From Mytilus californianus (Eukaryota): a stretch of 64,000 nt of DNA. Under the pieces are notes generated by a model. That model was not told the DNA's origin, did not search any database, and was given only the letters and a program-made list of their open reading frames with translations. Both the position numbers and the translations under genes were made by a program. Positions 1 through 12,400 of the stretch are shown here, piece after piece (the stretch's first letter is position 1; every line of letters begins with the position of its first letter). Where the stretch lies: assembly GCF_021869535.1 (NCBI RefSeq), contig NW_026262734.1, positions 55,738,001 through 55,802,000 on the forward strand. Direction: 5' to 3'.

Positions 1-1144
1 TGATAATCAAAAATGTTAAAATTTAAAAAAAAAATACATACCTTGACAGCTATTACTTTTATCCTTAAATCTTTCTTTCTTAAGTTACTGATCTGTCCCT
101 TTCCTAAGTTACTGTTCTGTCTCTAATACTGTGCAAAAAATAAGAATAACATCGATCATCATCGCCAAGCAATATTTTAAATTTGTAAAATTCGATTGAA
201 GAGTAAAAAGAAATTATTAAAAATTTCAGAGCATAGTTGACAATAATTGAAATAGTGTGATTATGGATGACGGGTTAAAATTTTAGATAAAAAAGGGGGA
301 GATGATAATCTTACTTCGCAAAAGTTCTTTTTCTTTAACAAATCAGCAGTAAATAACTAAAATGAGCTGTATGTAGGCTGAGTATGGTGTTTTCCAGATT
401 GTAGTACATATTTATATAGAAGTGCAGTCATAAATTTGAACGTACAACAAAAAAGACGATGTACACACTGAAGTCAGTAATTTTATCTTTACAACATACA
501 CTATGGCGAGATTTTCAAAATATACACGTACGTTTGTGCATTTATAATCTCCCAATGTTAACATCACACAAGCATTAAAAGACAATTAGTACAGCAACGG
601 ATAATAATTTAAAGAAACACTTACATTTCTATGAATTCTTCTTTGCTGAAAACGGTCCTAAATATTGTCCAGGGAAATTATACAATTTCCGCGTTTGAAA
701 AAGGCGGTTACACACGTGAACTCATACATTAATCAGCATCATGTCACGTGATAATTTTATCAATTATAGATTATTGGGAGTGCTAATCCTCGTGTTTCAG
801 TTGTGTAGATGCCGCACTTTCACATGCTGTGTCTTATCTTTGATTAAAATATTTCCGGATAATAACAAATTAGTTAGTAGCATATTTCGATGAATGATAA
901 TTTAAATTTGTACACTTTTATGATTTTGATGAACGTCCCGGTTTTGGAATATGCCTAATTTTACTAGATATTGTACAAAAAAAAATTAAAGGAAACATTG
1001 ATTACAATTTTTCATTGCAAAATCCTTATGAACTTTTATTGATACGATAACAAAGGATGTACTACTATAATGATTCACCTTTAACGCTGATGGTGGATAA
1101 TTTTTTTTTACACCGATGAATACATTTTTTTTTCTGGACGAACC

Positions 1145-1370
1145 TCCATCGTCGACATGACAACCAACATTTAACGTTGAAACAACATATTTATTTCAAC
1201 CTAACTTCAACATTGAAAATTCAACTAAAATTCAACGTTGAATCAACTTACTTTCTGCAACATAACTTCGACGTTGCTGTTATAACGTTGAAACAACGTT
1301 GAAGCAACGTCATGACGAAATAACAACCACATTTCAACGTTGAAATGACGTTGCGTGCCGGGTGGGTAAT
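1145..1370. repeat. AACGTT/CAACGTTGAA-rich MITE-like fragment (one end only)
   Basis: Many short palindromic caacgttg units ending gcgtgccgggtgggta; opposite terminus not found. Confidence 0.5.
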
Positions 1371-1454
1371 TAATTTTTATCGGAGACATGTCTCTGTTGT
1401 ATTTAACAAGATAAGTAAATACAACGACGTCTATTGGAAGGAGTTAAGAGTTAT

Positions 1455-1845
1455 AGAATAACTAATCGAAGAATTCAAATAGAGAAAAATATTCAACGAG
1501 TGACCGAACAACACATTAATTCACGAATGCGCGTAGCGCATGAGTTAATTATCAGTGTTGTTCTTTCACGAGTTGAATATTTTTCGATATTTGAATTCTT
1601 TGATTAGTTATTCTTTTTATTACATTGGCAAATGGCTTTTTTATGAAATAAAGTAGAAAACGTAAGGAACTATATCTTTTTCTACGCATTTACAATTTGT
1701 TTTGATCCGCATTATCGACGTCTTGACAACGCCTATTGTTGTATGACGTCAGAGGAGTGAAATAACCACGTTTATTTCACATGTGAAATTATCGGTTTTT
1801 ATTTCACTGGGAAATCAATGTAATTCATTGCAACCAATGTAATAA
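1455..1845. mobile_element. Non-autonomous DNA element with long terminal hairpin and asymmetric inverted repeats (Crypton- or Helentron-like)
   Basis: Imperfect hairpin 1455-1614 centred on gcgcgtagcgc; ttattacattgg (1617-1628) pairs perfectly with ccaatgtaataa (1834-1845). Confidence 0.6.
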
Positions 1846-3164
1846 TTATCGTTAATTATCTACTGTCCAATCTAAACAGATTGGGTTATCTCGCTTGGAA
1901 ATGTGACATATTCTTGCACATGTTTCATAACGTATTTAGTATTCAAAGTAACATTACTCACTTCATCGTTTACATTTAATAAATTTACAGTTTTATTCAC
2001 TTCATAATTCCATCCTTTTTTCTATACATATACATCACACAAATAACTCATTGTTTTATCACATTTTGAAAAGGGACTGACACTGAGGAAGGCCAGAATT
2101 ATGTTAACCTTTATATTTTGTTAATTATGTGTCATTGGGTTGCTGTCACATATTAACAAATACTCACATCTGTGTTTATTTATATCTGTTAAATTTATTC
2201 ACACATTCGGGGATAAATAGGGCTTGACCAGGCATGCACATAACTTATGTATTATTGACGACAATCTGTTGTCCTCTAGATGTCTTATAGATCTGATTCT
2301 GTTACATGTGTTTTAGATTTGTCTTCATTTACGTTTAATTAAATCTATTTTATTAATAATTTAAAAAGAAGGGGTGATTCAGTCACATTCGGCATCCAAA
2401 AAATGCACAAAAAGTTCCCAGAACACTCTTCCTAAAATTCACGTATATATAGCAGACCACGGTAACATTAATATCAAGTGAGAGAGCCGTTCAGGGGCAT
2501 ATTCTGTGGACAACCCCTTATAGTAATATAATATCAATTTTGGACTAAAAACGACAAAATTGCGGTCTCGCTTCGCTCCGCAACATTCCGAGGGTTACGC
2601 CCTCTAACCTCAAATACTGGATTCGTCTATGTGAAAACAAACGACATTCATTTTAACAAAAAACTAAGGTGACTGATCTTATTTGATTGTTCTGTCCTCA
2701 TTTAAATTCCATCACGATCCTTCTAACACACACATCACCGTTTGTTTGGTAATAGAAGATTTACAAAATTAACATCGATCTCAATCGATTCCAATCCGTT
2801 TACTTTGTGTTTAATTTTTTGTGGAAAGATAATCGAAAAGATCGAGTTGTATGCTTAAAATTTTAATGTAAACGCCAATTTTAAAGATATCAGGCATGTA
2901 TTTCTATGGATCTGAACTGATCTTAATGTGAACATCTATACGTACGTTTTTGGTCTCTGGTGGATAGTTGTCTCATTGACAATCGTACGTACGACGTACA
3001 CGATCCCGTTTCGTCAGAATATTCAAAATATATACATGCAGTACAAGACCGTAGGCAGGGCGTGCGACAGATACAATTTAACTCCCTCTTTATTTAAAAG
3101 GAATATGTTGTACGGACGTCCCTCGGTTTTATTTCTTCAGTTTACCCCTTATTCACCATGCAAC

Positions 3165-3770
3165 TGATTTCAGCTTCCCAATTGTGAACTTTCCGTGCAT
3201 TTATATGTACAACAGCGTTTCCATAAGGAATCTATATCTCCCAATTGATAATAGCCCAGAGCTTGTGTTTTTTTTTTATCACGATTTCTTGGATAGAATG
3301 TTGCAGCTTACAAGGAAGCTAATGAACCAAGGGGGTTTCAAGTGATAAAGTTGAGGCCACTACTTCAAAAATTTTACGGACTACGTTACGAGTTGGTTGA
3401 CTGTGTTATGGAATACCCTTGTCAGACTCACAGATGACTACGGATATATGTTCCAATTGTCGTAACCTGCACATGTGACATCCCTGAATGAGACATATCA
3501 TCCAATGTGTACTTATCACAAGCAAAATGACGAATGCCACTCGTGGAGCAGGATCTGCTTACCCTTCCGGAGCATATGCGACCCCTCATGCAGTTTTAGT
3601 GGGGTTCGTGTTGCTCATGGTCTTTATAGTTTACTATGTTTAGTGTTATGCGGAAATTTTTTATCTTTTCGATGTCTTTCGGTTTTTTTTCTGCCATGCA
3701 TCTCGTTGTCAGTTTCCCTTTGACTTATGAGTTTTGAGTGTCCCCTTGGTATCTTACGCCTCTTTTTTTG
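3165..3770 (+). mobile_element. Degenerate 3' end of a Penelope-like retroelement (RT C-terminus plus 3' UTR)
   Basis: Frameshifted peptides DFSFPIVNFP, YISQLI, YHDFLDRMLQLTRKLMNQG, LQKFYG, followed by a UTR that recurs elsewhere in the window. Confidence 0.75.
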
Positions 3771-3889
3771 AAATCGTTTTCCGACTTGGGACATGCGCAA
3801 AAAAATATGATGGAATCAAATGTGCTTCTGATCGCTAAATCATACATGGAGGCCTTTCTACCAAACGTAGTTTACATAATTTTTTTTAT

Positions 3890-4430
3890 TAGTTGTTATT
3901 AGCTTTGAACTAGCTGTCAGTAACTGCGATTTTTTTTGTTGTGTATAAATACGCTGCCACGTCCAGTCTGTGTTTTCGTTAGATGTTTTCTGCTTTGTAT
4001 CGATCTGCATGATGAATTAAGCCAAGTTAAGCCCTTTTCAACTGATTTTTATAGTTTGTTCTTATGTTGTATTGTTACATAACTGGCACAGGCTAGGGGA
4101 AATTTGGCACCAGCAAACTAGTTTAACCTCGCCACAATCTATATGTGCCTGTCACAAGGCAGGAGCCCTTAGTTCAGTGGTTGTCGTTGGTTCATGTCTG
4201 TCATATATGTTTTTCGTAAGTTGTTTTGTTATAATTTAGGCCGTTAGTTTTCTCAATTGAATTGTTTCACATTTTTCATGTCAGGGACTTTTATAGCCGA
4301 CTATACGGTATGGTTTTTCTCATTGCTGAAGGCCGTACGGTTGCTGATAATTGCTTATATCAACCATTTGAATTTTGGTGGATAGTTGTGTCATTGGCAA
4401 TCATGCCATATCTCCTTATTTATATATATA
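3890..4430 (+). repeat. High-copy interspersed repeat ending gttgtgtcattggcaatcatgccatatctcc
   Basis: Homologous to 12930-13530 (+), 20195-20310 (+), 15222-15325 (-), 27140-27520 (-), 30760-30960 (-). Confidence 0.75.
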
Positions 4431-4917
4431 TATAGCGTTATATGTAACAGTAAAAGAATTAACAAAATGTATAGCAAATTTACATATGACATGTAATACA
4501 ATATACAGAAGTAATGCAATTCAGTTGATCGGTGTTGGATCGGTAGATATAAGACTGACCATACATCTGTGCATGAAATAACATGTAGTTCAATTAGCAT
4601 TTTCAATACTGCATGCACGTACTTATATATATAAGAAAAAGTGTTTTACAAATTTAGGGTAAGGTAATGAATAGATCATATAGTTTGAAGCTCTGATAAG
4701 GGTATGAGTTTTTCAGAAATGCACTGATTTTTTTACCCATATCGGAGTGACGGTATATTCAGTAGTTTTAGCAACGGTAGTGCTGTTGTTAAAAATGTTA
4801 AAGTTATTACTTATAACTGTGCAATATCAAGACAAATGACCATGCATAAGCTGATGGAACGATTTATTTTTGACTTTTTTTTTTAAATAAAACTTTTGCT
4901 CACAAACTTATTATAAG

Positions 4918-5196
4918 AGGATCTGGATGGAAGTCCTTCATTTCGTTATTCTTAAACTTTTTAGACCATTTTTCTCTATTCTCTATTTATTTTGACAATT
5001 ATTCTCTTTTCTTTATATTTCGTCACCCAATTATTCTCTATTCTTTATTTTCACTGGCGTATTCAGTTTCTCTAATCTTTATTCCCCCTATGTTGTCTCT
5101 ATTCTTTATTTTTTTTCTTTATTCTTTATTTTTTTCATTTCTTCTGCAATTTTTGTCCACGCATTATTCTCTATTCAAAAACCCCATTCAGATCCT
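4918..5196. mobile_element. MITE with 13-bp TIRs and pyrimidine-rich ttattctctattc internal repeats
   Basis: aggatctggatgg ... ccattcagatcct (1 mismatch). Confidence 0.55.
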
Positions 5197-6287
5197 AGCT
5201 TTTATATGGAGACGTAGCGCATATGGAATGTTTTAAAATGGGGTTATTTCAATTCCGGAAAATTATATAAAGCTCAACCCGTTACGGTTTTGTATACTAT
5301 AGCGGTTTCTTGAAGTTGTCTCCCTTCTTTGGCGGTAGATTTTCAAGTTTTTTCCTGAACACTGTTATGACTGTAATTGATTGATGTGGTTGGGTATATA
5401 GTACAGATTATGAAATCATGGAAACCGTAGTTGGATTTTTTATAAACATTTAAGGCAAATTTTGCCAAGAGACGAAACTGTCTACATAAATTTATACATT
5501 CTACGATTTTGGGTAAGTCATGAAGTTGCTTCCAAAAATTATAAATTAATGAGCCAAACAAATTATCTTCACCGTATAGTAAGTTATAAGAAGCCCATGC
5601 ATGACAAAATGTGAAACAATTTAAAAGATATAACCAAAAGGGTGAACAGCATGATTTATCTTTGACTTTGTTTACACTACAACATGTCAACAATAAACAA
5701 AAACAATGTCAGTGGCAGCAACAAACCACAGATCAGTTGGAACTTTGGAGTAAAAGTTCTGAGAAGCATGATGTTTAGGCCATGGATCCATTTCGGCCTT
5801 TCATGTTTCCGTCATACTTATATTTTGGATTAAAAGTACACAAGATTAGGTTGTCTTAACTTTACTACGATAAAAAAACTGAGTTATATCGCATTTCATA
5901 TGTACAGTTTGAAAATTAACTTGATTACACTGTCGTAAGGGTAATATTTTAATTCAATAAAGAAAAAGTAGTGCAGAACTCACGCTAGCATGTGACTGGG
6001 ACAAAGAAGTCCCTTCCATCACTTCGCTTGCTCAACTGTCAAAAGAGATATCTAGTCGCCTGGGTGTTAACAAGTCGTATTCAATCGCTTTCGTCAACCG
6101 TAATTTTACTTTTTTACCAAGTTGTTGAAACAGCAATTTTTTATTGCTAAGTAAAGAAATTCAAAGACGTATATATGATTTATTTCTTTAGAAAAAAAGT
6201 GAAAGCATTGACTTTACCATGTTTACAGATTGGTGTATGTTCATGGTGTTATTTCAAACAAACAACTTTATAAGAAGTGTTTTCTTT

Positions 6288-6297
6288 CACTTCCGGT
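6288..6297. promoter_or_regulatory. ETS-type motif (CACTTCCGGT) in the candidate HAUS5 promoter, possibly bidirectional
   Basis: Motif seen about 3 kb upstream of the first coding exon. The promoter role is inference; no TSS data. Confidence 0.35.
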
Positions 6298-7747
6298 ACT
6301 TGTTACTTGAGAGCGTACATTAAAACATTCCGATTTTTGGCAAAATAAAGTCAAAACATTGTTTATTTTCGTAAATTTTTTATTGTCTGCAATTGAAATA
6401 TTTTTATGAACCAGGGATTGGAAGCTGATCAGCTATGACTGAAATCCATATTCTTACATGTCTTATGATAATAACAACAGATGCACAAATGGCACAGCTA
6501 ACAGAAGAATAATGATCCCAAAATGGAAAATTAAGCATCCCACACACATTAACTGACTATTTGTTAGATCTCCTTGCTAAATGTATATATATTTCCATGT
6601 AAATGCATAGTTTCAATTTATTAATCACCGCGATATAGCCTTTTTGTGCTGAGGTGGTGTAAAGCAAACACCAATCAATCAATCAATTTATTGATTATAT
6701 ATAATTATAGTTGCTTAACTTTGTTAAATTTTATATCATATTAATGAGAAACAATGAACTTCATAAACATGATAAACATAATAGTTTTTTAATTAAATTT
6801 TAATTGATATACATGTATGATACTTTCTTTTCCTTTTTGGTATTAAAAAGTTCTTTCTAGTGCTAGATATTTAGTTGGTAGTTTCTGACAAGCATGACAA
6901 GTGTAAAAATATAATTGTGTAAGTTCTAACTATTAATGATTATTTAAGACATAAACTGAAACAATTGTTACCTCAATTCAATGAATTGTATTCAGGTATT
7001 CTCCGGTATGAATTGAACAACATAAAGAATAATTAAATAAAAAGGATACATATGGCCACTTATATTATTGTAAAAACCAAACATTGAAGTGCCACCCCGG
7101 GAGCGAATGAGCACTTCTCTTTTGAGTCTCACCCCTTCTTCCTGTCTTTTTGAAAAAGAGAATACTTTGAACCTCTCCATTTTCGGAAAGTACACAAAAC
7201 CACAAATCTATGTCCAGTCTAGGTCATATGAAATACCTGAAGTGTCGAAGAAATCTAAAGATGAATTCTCATTCATAATATCTTCAAACAAGTCCTCTAT
7301 ATTTACATTTCATAGTTCCATATCGTCGATTGTTGGTCTTGTCTAGACTCGGAACGACAAAAAACTTCTCCCTATGATTCTGAAGTAGTGTGAGCCCTTG
7401 TAGTGTGTACATCTATTTACAATAGTAGTTTTCTTGATAAGAAACAGTGAAACATTAATTTTCATAGTTTGCTGTGATAATCAGTACAATTTTTTAAAAT
7501 GATACTCGGCATAAAGAAATATACAAAATTATAATAAAATTAAAATTCCATATATACTTTTGGCGCATGAATGTCATTTCAAAACATGACGTCATAGTAT
7601 ACGAATGAAAATTCTCAAGCTGATGGTTATTCTGTTACTTGTTTGCTCCATATTCCATATAGTTTTTATGTAGGAGCTTTTTATTTTCCATTCTATTGCA
7701 TTATTTGCACATTTATGGATTTTCAGCAAGCCAATGTGATTGCTCAA

Positions 7748-8878
7748 TTTTTAGCTCGCCTGGCCTAAAAGGCCAAGTGAGCTTTTCTAATCACTTGGTG
7801 TCTGTTGTCCATCGTCGTCGGCGTCGTTAACTTTAACCATGTTAACAAAAATCTTCTCCTCTGAAACTACTGGGCCAAATTTGGCTGCATGGCCACAATC
7901 ATCAATAGAGTCTCTAGTTTAATAAATGTGTCTGATGACCCCACCTGCTAACCAACATGGCCGACATGGCTAAAAATAGAACATTGGGGTAAAATGCATG
8001 TTTGGTCTATTATCACATAAACCACTATGAATGGAGAAAATCTGTCAGGTGCAAAAATGTTCAGTCAGAATTATGAGATCTACATATAGTCTATTTACTT
8101 CAAAACTGTCAGACGATTTCCTATACATTTCTATAGGCATGAAAGGAGTAATTGCCCTTAAATGACAATTTTTACAGATTTTTTATTGCCTAATATCATG
8201 AATATCTAAAAAACTATAATAGATAGAGAGAAACTTTATATATCAAAAATGATCAACAAGACAAGATCTACAAATAAGTCTACATGGTCTATGTTGTCAG
8301 ACGACTCCTTTTTGGAGTAAATGCCCTTTTATGACAATTTTTATCATTTTTTTGCGTTTTTGTCTAATATCTGAAAAACTTTTATAAATGATAGATAGAA
8401 ACTTAAATAAGCAAAAGTAATCAGCAAGATAAGATCTACAAATAAGTTTACAATCATGAAATTGTCTGACGACCTCTTATATATTGAAGTTATTGCCCTT
8501 TGATAAAGATTTTTACCGTTTTTTTTCGTTTTTGTCTAATATCTGAAAAACTATAATAGATAGATAGAAGCTTAAATTAGCATTATTGATCAGCAAGACT
8601 TGATCTATAAATAAGTCAAAAAGCCGAAATCCATTAGTCGACTCCTTGTTGGAGTACTTGCTCTTTAATGACGATTTTTACCAATATTTTACGTTTTTGA
8701 CTACTATTTGAAAAACTATTATAGATAATAGATAGAAACTTAAATAAGCAAAAGTGATCAGCAAGACAAGATCTACAATCATGGAATCGTCTGACGACCC
8801 CTTATTGGAGTTATTGAACTTTAATAATGATTTTTACCATTTTTTTGGCGATTTTGCCTAATATCTGAAAAACTATAG
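7748..8878. mobile_element. Helentron-derived HINE-like element with about 5 internal tandem repeats of ~165 bp
   Basis: Terminal hairpin gctcgcctggcc-taaaa-ggccaagtgagc, (gtc)n tract, then repeats marked by aaaaactataatagatag at ~8210, 8375, 8547, 8710, 8868. Confidence 0.75.
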
Positions 8879-9365
8879 GTGTCAGACCACCAATTCAAAA
8901 TCCCTATCTATTCAACCAAATTTTGCAATTTTCACAGCTTTCTTAAAAATTTACCTTAAGTTTAACTTCATAGAAACCAGGTATATCCTGAATTGTACAT
9001 GTATCACCTTTCTACATACCAGTTTTCAACACATGTTTAAAGTCTTGTAAGAAAGAACTGCCTTTTTGAAGACAAGTGCTACTAAAAATAACCCCTGGTT
9101 TTCTGGATTGGAAATCTTAAGTTAGTATTCTATGGAACGCATTACAGGCATGACCTGGGGTAAAATAGAACAGCCACACACACAGCACACTAATCTTCAT
9201 TTCAGTTTTTTAAATTACCGTATTTGTCCTATTAGAAACGAAATAATTCATGCTAGCCATACAAAATGTAGATTTGTTATCATTTTCACATGGCCTGAGA
9301 AAACATTATTTTTGAACAGTTTTAATTAACCTGCATAACAAATTTTTTTTTGCAGAAAGATAGCA

Positions 9366-9484
9366 ATGGCATCTGATGACGATATAGCATCAAGATTACA
9401 TACCTGGGCTTTACAAGAGATGCACTTCCATCCACAGGGTAGACATGTTAATACACCTTTACCAAATGCAAGCCAGTTCAAACA
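9366..9484 (+). CDS. HAUS5: HAUS5 coding exon 1 (MASDDDIASRLHTWALQEMHF...FK); exon begins 9356
   Basis: ttttttttgcag acceptor, ATG at 9366, donor gtaaga, phase 2. Confidence 0.9.
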
Positions 9485-12400
9485 GTAAGACATTACATAA
9501 TTCGACCCTTTCAATTTCTATGTCCAGTGAAAATAAAAATGGCGAAAACAATGTGTTTCACAAAATACCATGAAACAACACATTTTTGTCTCGCCTTGAC
9601 GGAGTCAAAAAACGAGACATAGGTATGCTGTTTCAGGTGTCAGCTGCGACGGCGACGTCAACAATGTATCAGTTTGTGATTAGGTCTAGTTCATGGTGAA
9701 CCACTAGTGGTAGGCCAATGATATTTGGTATGCAGTTGTATTAGCATTGGCACATCTCATTACCATGTAGATTATTTGGCCCCGCCCCCTCAGTCAAGGT
9801 CTATTGACTTTGAAACTTTTCATAGTTTACATGTATTAGTTTATGATTAGGTCAATTTATGGGGAACCACTAGTGTTAGGTCAATGATATTTGGTATGTC
9901 GTTGTATAAGTATTGGCATATCTCATTTCCATGGAGATTATTTGGCTCTGCCCCCTTAGTCATGGTCTATAGACTTTGAAAGTTTTGCTAAGTTTACATG
10001 TATTAGTTTGTGATTAGGTCAGTTCAAGGGGAACCATTAGTGGTAGGCCAATGTTAATTGGTGTTCAGTTGTATAAGCATTAGCACATCTCATTTCCATG
10101 GAGAATATTTAGCCCCGCCGCCTCAGTCATAGTCTATTTACTTTGAAACTTGCTTAGTTTACATGTATTAGTTTGTGATTAGATCAGTTTAAGATGAACT
10201 GCTAATGTTAAGTCAATGATATTTGGTATGCAAATTTATTGGCATTTGCAAGTATCGTTTCCATGGAGATTATATAGCCCCACCCCTGATCATGGTTCAT
10301 TGACTTTGAAACTTTTACATAGTTTACATGTTAATGTTTGTGTTTAGGCTTGTTTAAAGGGAAGGACTTATAATAAGTCAATGGTATTTGGTATGCAGTT
10401 GTATAAGCATTGGCACATCTCATTCCATGGAGATTGATTAGCCATGTACCTTTAGTCATGGTTCATCGACTTTGAATATTTGCATAACTTACATGTTAAA
10501 GTATTGCTATTTTAATTTCAACATTTGCATTATCAAAATTATACAAAGGTGAGACATATCTCTGTGATAACAGTTTATTTATAGGAACAATGCTTTTATT
10601 GCTGTAAAAGAGAGGCAAAAGATACCAAAGGGACATTCAAACTCATATTGAAAATTAACTGACAATGCCATGGCAAAAAAAAAGAAAAAGACTTAAAGAC
10701 GAACAACAGTGCACAAAACACAACATAGAAAACTTATTATATAAAGACTGAGCAACATGAACCCCACCAAAAACGAGGGGTGAAAAACTGATAAAAGGTG
10801 TATGCTATTTAGAGATGGTTTTTTAACTTGAGGATATCATTTATTCTGGCATGTATGGATATCCTGCAAAAATATTTGGCTTTTTGTCTTATAAATTTTT
10901 TTTCACCTAATTTGATAAAACAATTTATGTGTTCTCTTTAACATGTTTAAATTAAACAAAGATAAGATTTATACATGTATTATTATCAATATTTTTTTAT
11001 TCATTTTCTATCAGAATTTTCCGAGGTCCTTCAGCAGATTTCTGGAAGTTTGTATTATCAAGAGTTAGATCTGCACAGTATGTATATAAATGTAAAGAGT
11101 AACTTTATCAAAAAGAGTAACATATCACGATGTAAAAATCTATAGGATAAGGCCTGACGAGGACAAAGAAAACCAATAAACAAGCTTAAAATATCTGCAC
11201 TTGTAAACTCTGACTTCATCTTCGGCTTATATGCTTCTGCTGGATTGGCTTATGACGTCATGACATCCTCGCTCTTCTCAGCTTTAAAAGAAATCATCTC
11301 AGTAGCAAAAGAGAGTACAATTATGAAAAACACAAAAATGAAAGACAAATGTAAGAAAAAAGCAGTATAATCACAAATGTAACTTGAATATCAGCTATAG
11401 TTCCACAGATTTAGGGGCATCTGAACTCTATTGTAAAGTTATATTATTTACATGTATTAACATATTGCTAATCATATTAAAATATTTACTGATTTTCAGG
11501 ACAGTGAAGAAAGTGAAAGGAAATTTGGGATTGTATCCTTCATTTATTGTTTTATAAAAAAAAATATGCTAGTTGTATTATAAATCTGAACTGAATCACA
11601 CTTTTTGTACTATGGATAGTGAAATTATGTCCTATTCATTGAGAAATGGAAAATACATTGATAAATTAACAGGTAACACAGCATAGTTTGACACTTTACC
11701 ATTTGTTTACAAAACTATGAATAATGGCAAGTGTTGGGCGAAAAATGGATAAGACAGCAATCCAGCAACACAATTTAGCAAAAAGAGAAATGTTTAGTAG
11801 ATACAAACATAAACATAAAAAACATAAAAGTAATGTACTACCTAATTAGGAATTACTCTTGGTTTGTGTTCTTCTTTAAAATGATTTCTGACCTCATCAT
11901 GCTCATATGAACTTGATTGAAATGATTAAAATTATATGGAGGTCTTCACAGTACACAATTTTTCAAAAGAACACCATAAGAAATTGTAATGTAATAGATG
12001 AGGGTCATATATTTGCCGATTATATCCTGGGATATATCAAAATGCTGTGAAAATGCTCCAAACTGAAAATAGAATTATATTCCTTAATTTTATGAAGAAA
12101 ACGACATGCAGATAAGTCATATAAAGTCAAATACAAAACTGGCAATAAATTTGATGAAGAAAAAGAGAACCTTCTGGAACAGAGAAACAAGTTGACAGGG
12201 GAGGTAACTTCATTGTTTACTGACATTAACCATCTGGAAAATGACTTCAAAAGGCTTGAACAGGAAGTGGTAGAAGCAGGTTAGTGGAGAAAAAAATCAT
12301 TGAAAGGAGGGGGTATGATAATAGACATTTTGTTGGCACTAGAAATTGCAAAAAAGTAAACTTGTAAAGCTTAAGGATGTTATTTGGTAGTTTGTTGATT

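Noticed and set aside
2161-2185. 18-nt minus-strand microexon (cag|...|gtgagt)
   Set aside because: It is open only in a phase incompatible with the other candidate minus-strand exons, so probably chance.
6992-7460. ORFs 6992-7195 (-) and 7089-7346 (+) as coding exons or a transposase remnant
   Set aside because: All frames are interrupted, no motif was recognised, and they are not needed for the HAUS5 model.
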